The position numbers and the translations under genes are program-made. From Leucoraja erinacea (lineage: Eukaryota), in NCBI RefSeq assembly GCF_028641065.1, contig NC_073385.1:46748001-46812000 (forward strand): 64,000 nucleotides of DNA. The letters run 5' to 3'. Shown here piece after piece: positions 62,064 through 64,000 of this stretch. Position 1 is the first letter of the stretch. Every line of letters begins with the position of its first letter. Under the pieces are notes generated by a model. It did not search any database and was not told the origin of the DNA. It saw only the letters and a list, made by a program, of their open reading frames with translations.

Positions 62064-63989
62064 CAGTGCATTCAGAAAGTATTCAGACCTCTTCACATTT
62101 TGTTACATTACAGGCTTATTCTAAAATGGATTAAATCATTTGTTTTATCATCAATCTACACACAATACCTCATAATAAAAAAGCGAAAACAGGTGTTGAA
62201 AAATGTTTGCAAAGTAATTAAAAATAAATAACTGAAATACCACATTTACATAGTATTCAGACCCTTTACTCAGTACTTTGTTGAGGCATCTTTGGCAGCG
62301 ATTATCGCCTCAAGTCTTCTTGGGTATGACGCTACAATGGCACACCTGTATTTGGGTAATTTCTCCCATTCGTCTCTGCAGATCCTCCCAAGCTCTGCCA
62401 GGTTGGATGTGGAGCGTCGATGCACAGCCATTTTCAGGTCCCTCCAGAGATGTTTGATCGTGTTCAAGTCAAGTCTCTGGCTGGGCCACTCAAGGACATT
62501 CACAGGCTTGTCACAAAGCCACCTGCATTGTCTTGGCTGTGTGCTTAGGGTCAGCGTCCTGTTGAAAGGTGAACCTCCGCCCCAGTCCAATGTCCTGAAC
62601 ACTCTGGAGCAGGTTTTCATCAAGGATCTCTCTGTATTTTGCTCCGTTCAATCTTTCCCTCAATCCCGACAAGTCTCCCAGCCTGCTGTTAAAAATTCAG
62701 GCTGAGTGGCCCAGCCATAGCCTGGACTTGAACCCGATCGAACATCTCTGGAGGGACCTGAAAATAGCTGTGCATCGACGCTCCCCATCCAACCTGGCAG
62801 AGCTTGGGAGGATCTGCAGAGAAGAATGGGAGAAATTACCCAAATACAGGTGTGCCAAGGTTGTAGCATCATACCCAAGAAGACTTGAGGCTATAATCGC
62901 TGGCAAAGATGCCTCAACAAAGTACTGAGTAAAGGGTTTGAATACTTATGTAAATGTGATATTTCAGTTATGTCTTTTTAATGGCAGGCTGGGAGACTTT
63001 TCCCACAGCATGATGCTGCCACAACCATGCTTCATCGTAGGTATGGTATTGGCCAGGTGATAAGCGGTGCCTGGTTTCCTCCAGACGTGACGCTTGGCAT
63101 TCAGGCCAAAGAGTTCGATCTTGGTTTCAGACCCAGAGAGTCTTGTTTCTCACGGTCTAAGAGTCCTTTCGGTGCCTTTTGGCAAACTCGAAGTGGGCTG
63201 TCGTGTGCCTTTTACTTAGGAGTGGCTTCTGTCTGGCCACTCTACCATAAAGGCCCCCATTGTTGGAGTGCTGCAGATATCGTTGTCCTTCTGGAAGGTT
63301 CTCCCATCTCCACAGAGGAACTCTGGAGCTCTGTCAGAGTGAGCATCGTGTTCTTGGTCACCTCCCTGACCAAGGCCCTTCTCCCCGATTGTTCAGTTTG
63401 GCCGGGCGGCCAGCTCTATGAAGAGTCCTAGGTGATTTCAAAGTTCTTCCATTTAAGAATGACGGAGGCCATTCCATTTAACTTCTTCCATTTAAGAATG
63501 ACTGTGCTCTTCTGGACCTGCAATGCTGCAGAAATTGTTTTATACTTTTCCTCAGATCTGTGTCTCGGAGGTCTGTAGCCAATTCCTTCATCTTCATAGC
63601 TTAGTTTTTGCTCTGACATGCACTGTCAACTGTGGAACCTTATATAGACAGGTGTGTGCCTTTCCATATCATGTCCAATCAATTTAATTTACCACTGGTG
63701 GACTCCAATCAAGTTGTAGAAACATCTCAAGGATAATCAATGGAAACAAGATGAACCTAAGCTCAATTTTGCGTGTCATAGAAAAGGGTCTGAATACTTA
63801 TGTAAATGTGATATTTCAGTTATTTCTTTTTAATTACTTTGCAACAATTTCTAAACACCTGTTTTCACTTCTTCATTCGCGGTATTGTGTAGATTGATGA
63901 TAAAAAATAATAATCCATTTTAAAATAAGGCTGTAAAGTAACAAAATGTGGAAAAGGTGAAGGGGTCTGAATACTTTCTGAATGCACTG
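62064..63989 (-). mobile_element. Tc1/mariner IR/DR-type transposon, full length but rearranged and inactive
   Basis: TIRs of about 200 bp starting CAGTGCATTCAGAAAGTATTCAGAC with inner direct repeats; WPSQ..DLNPIEHLWRDLK transposase C-terminus; flanks are not the expected TA. Confidence 0.92.
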
Positions 63990-64000
63990 GATCTATGTAT

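Overview
Eukaryotic (vertebrate) genomic DNA, not prokaryotic. The whole window lies inside a ryanodine receptor gene on the + strand, and the peptide matches RYR3. The repeat content (HE1-like tRNA SINEs, CR1/HER1 LINEs, Penelope, Rex1/Babar) suggests a cartilaginous fish, probably a skate or ray; that is inference. I traced 22 GT-AG exons by hand from 563 to 54571. Using one exon of a mutually exclusive pair, they splice into an uninterrupted 2408-nt frame of about 803 codons. This covers the bridging solenoid, the calmodulin-binding segment and the start of the core solenoid (LCEGHN Ca2+-site motif). The most interesting items are: (1) a tandem pair of mutually exclusive exons right after the CaM-binding exon; (2) an 18-nt microexon; (3) unusual substitutions in the CaM-binding motif; (4) many short Penelope-derived elements carrying minimal hammerhead-ribozyme cores, one intact on the pre-mRNA strand; (5) a retroelement tail inserted into a 3' splice site; (6) multi-level nested transposons with exact target-site duplications (TSDs) and long fold-back palindromes. 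All family assignments are from motif recognition, not database searches. Most short ORFs in the track are spurious or TE fragments.
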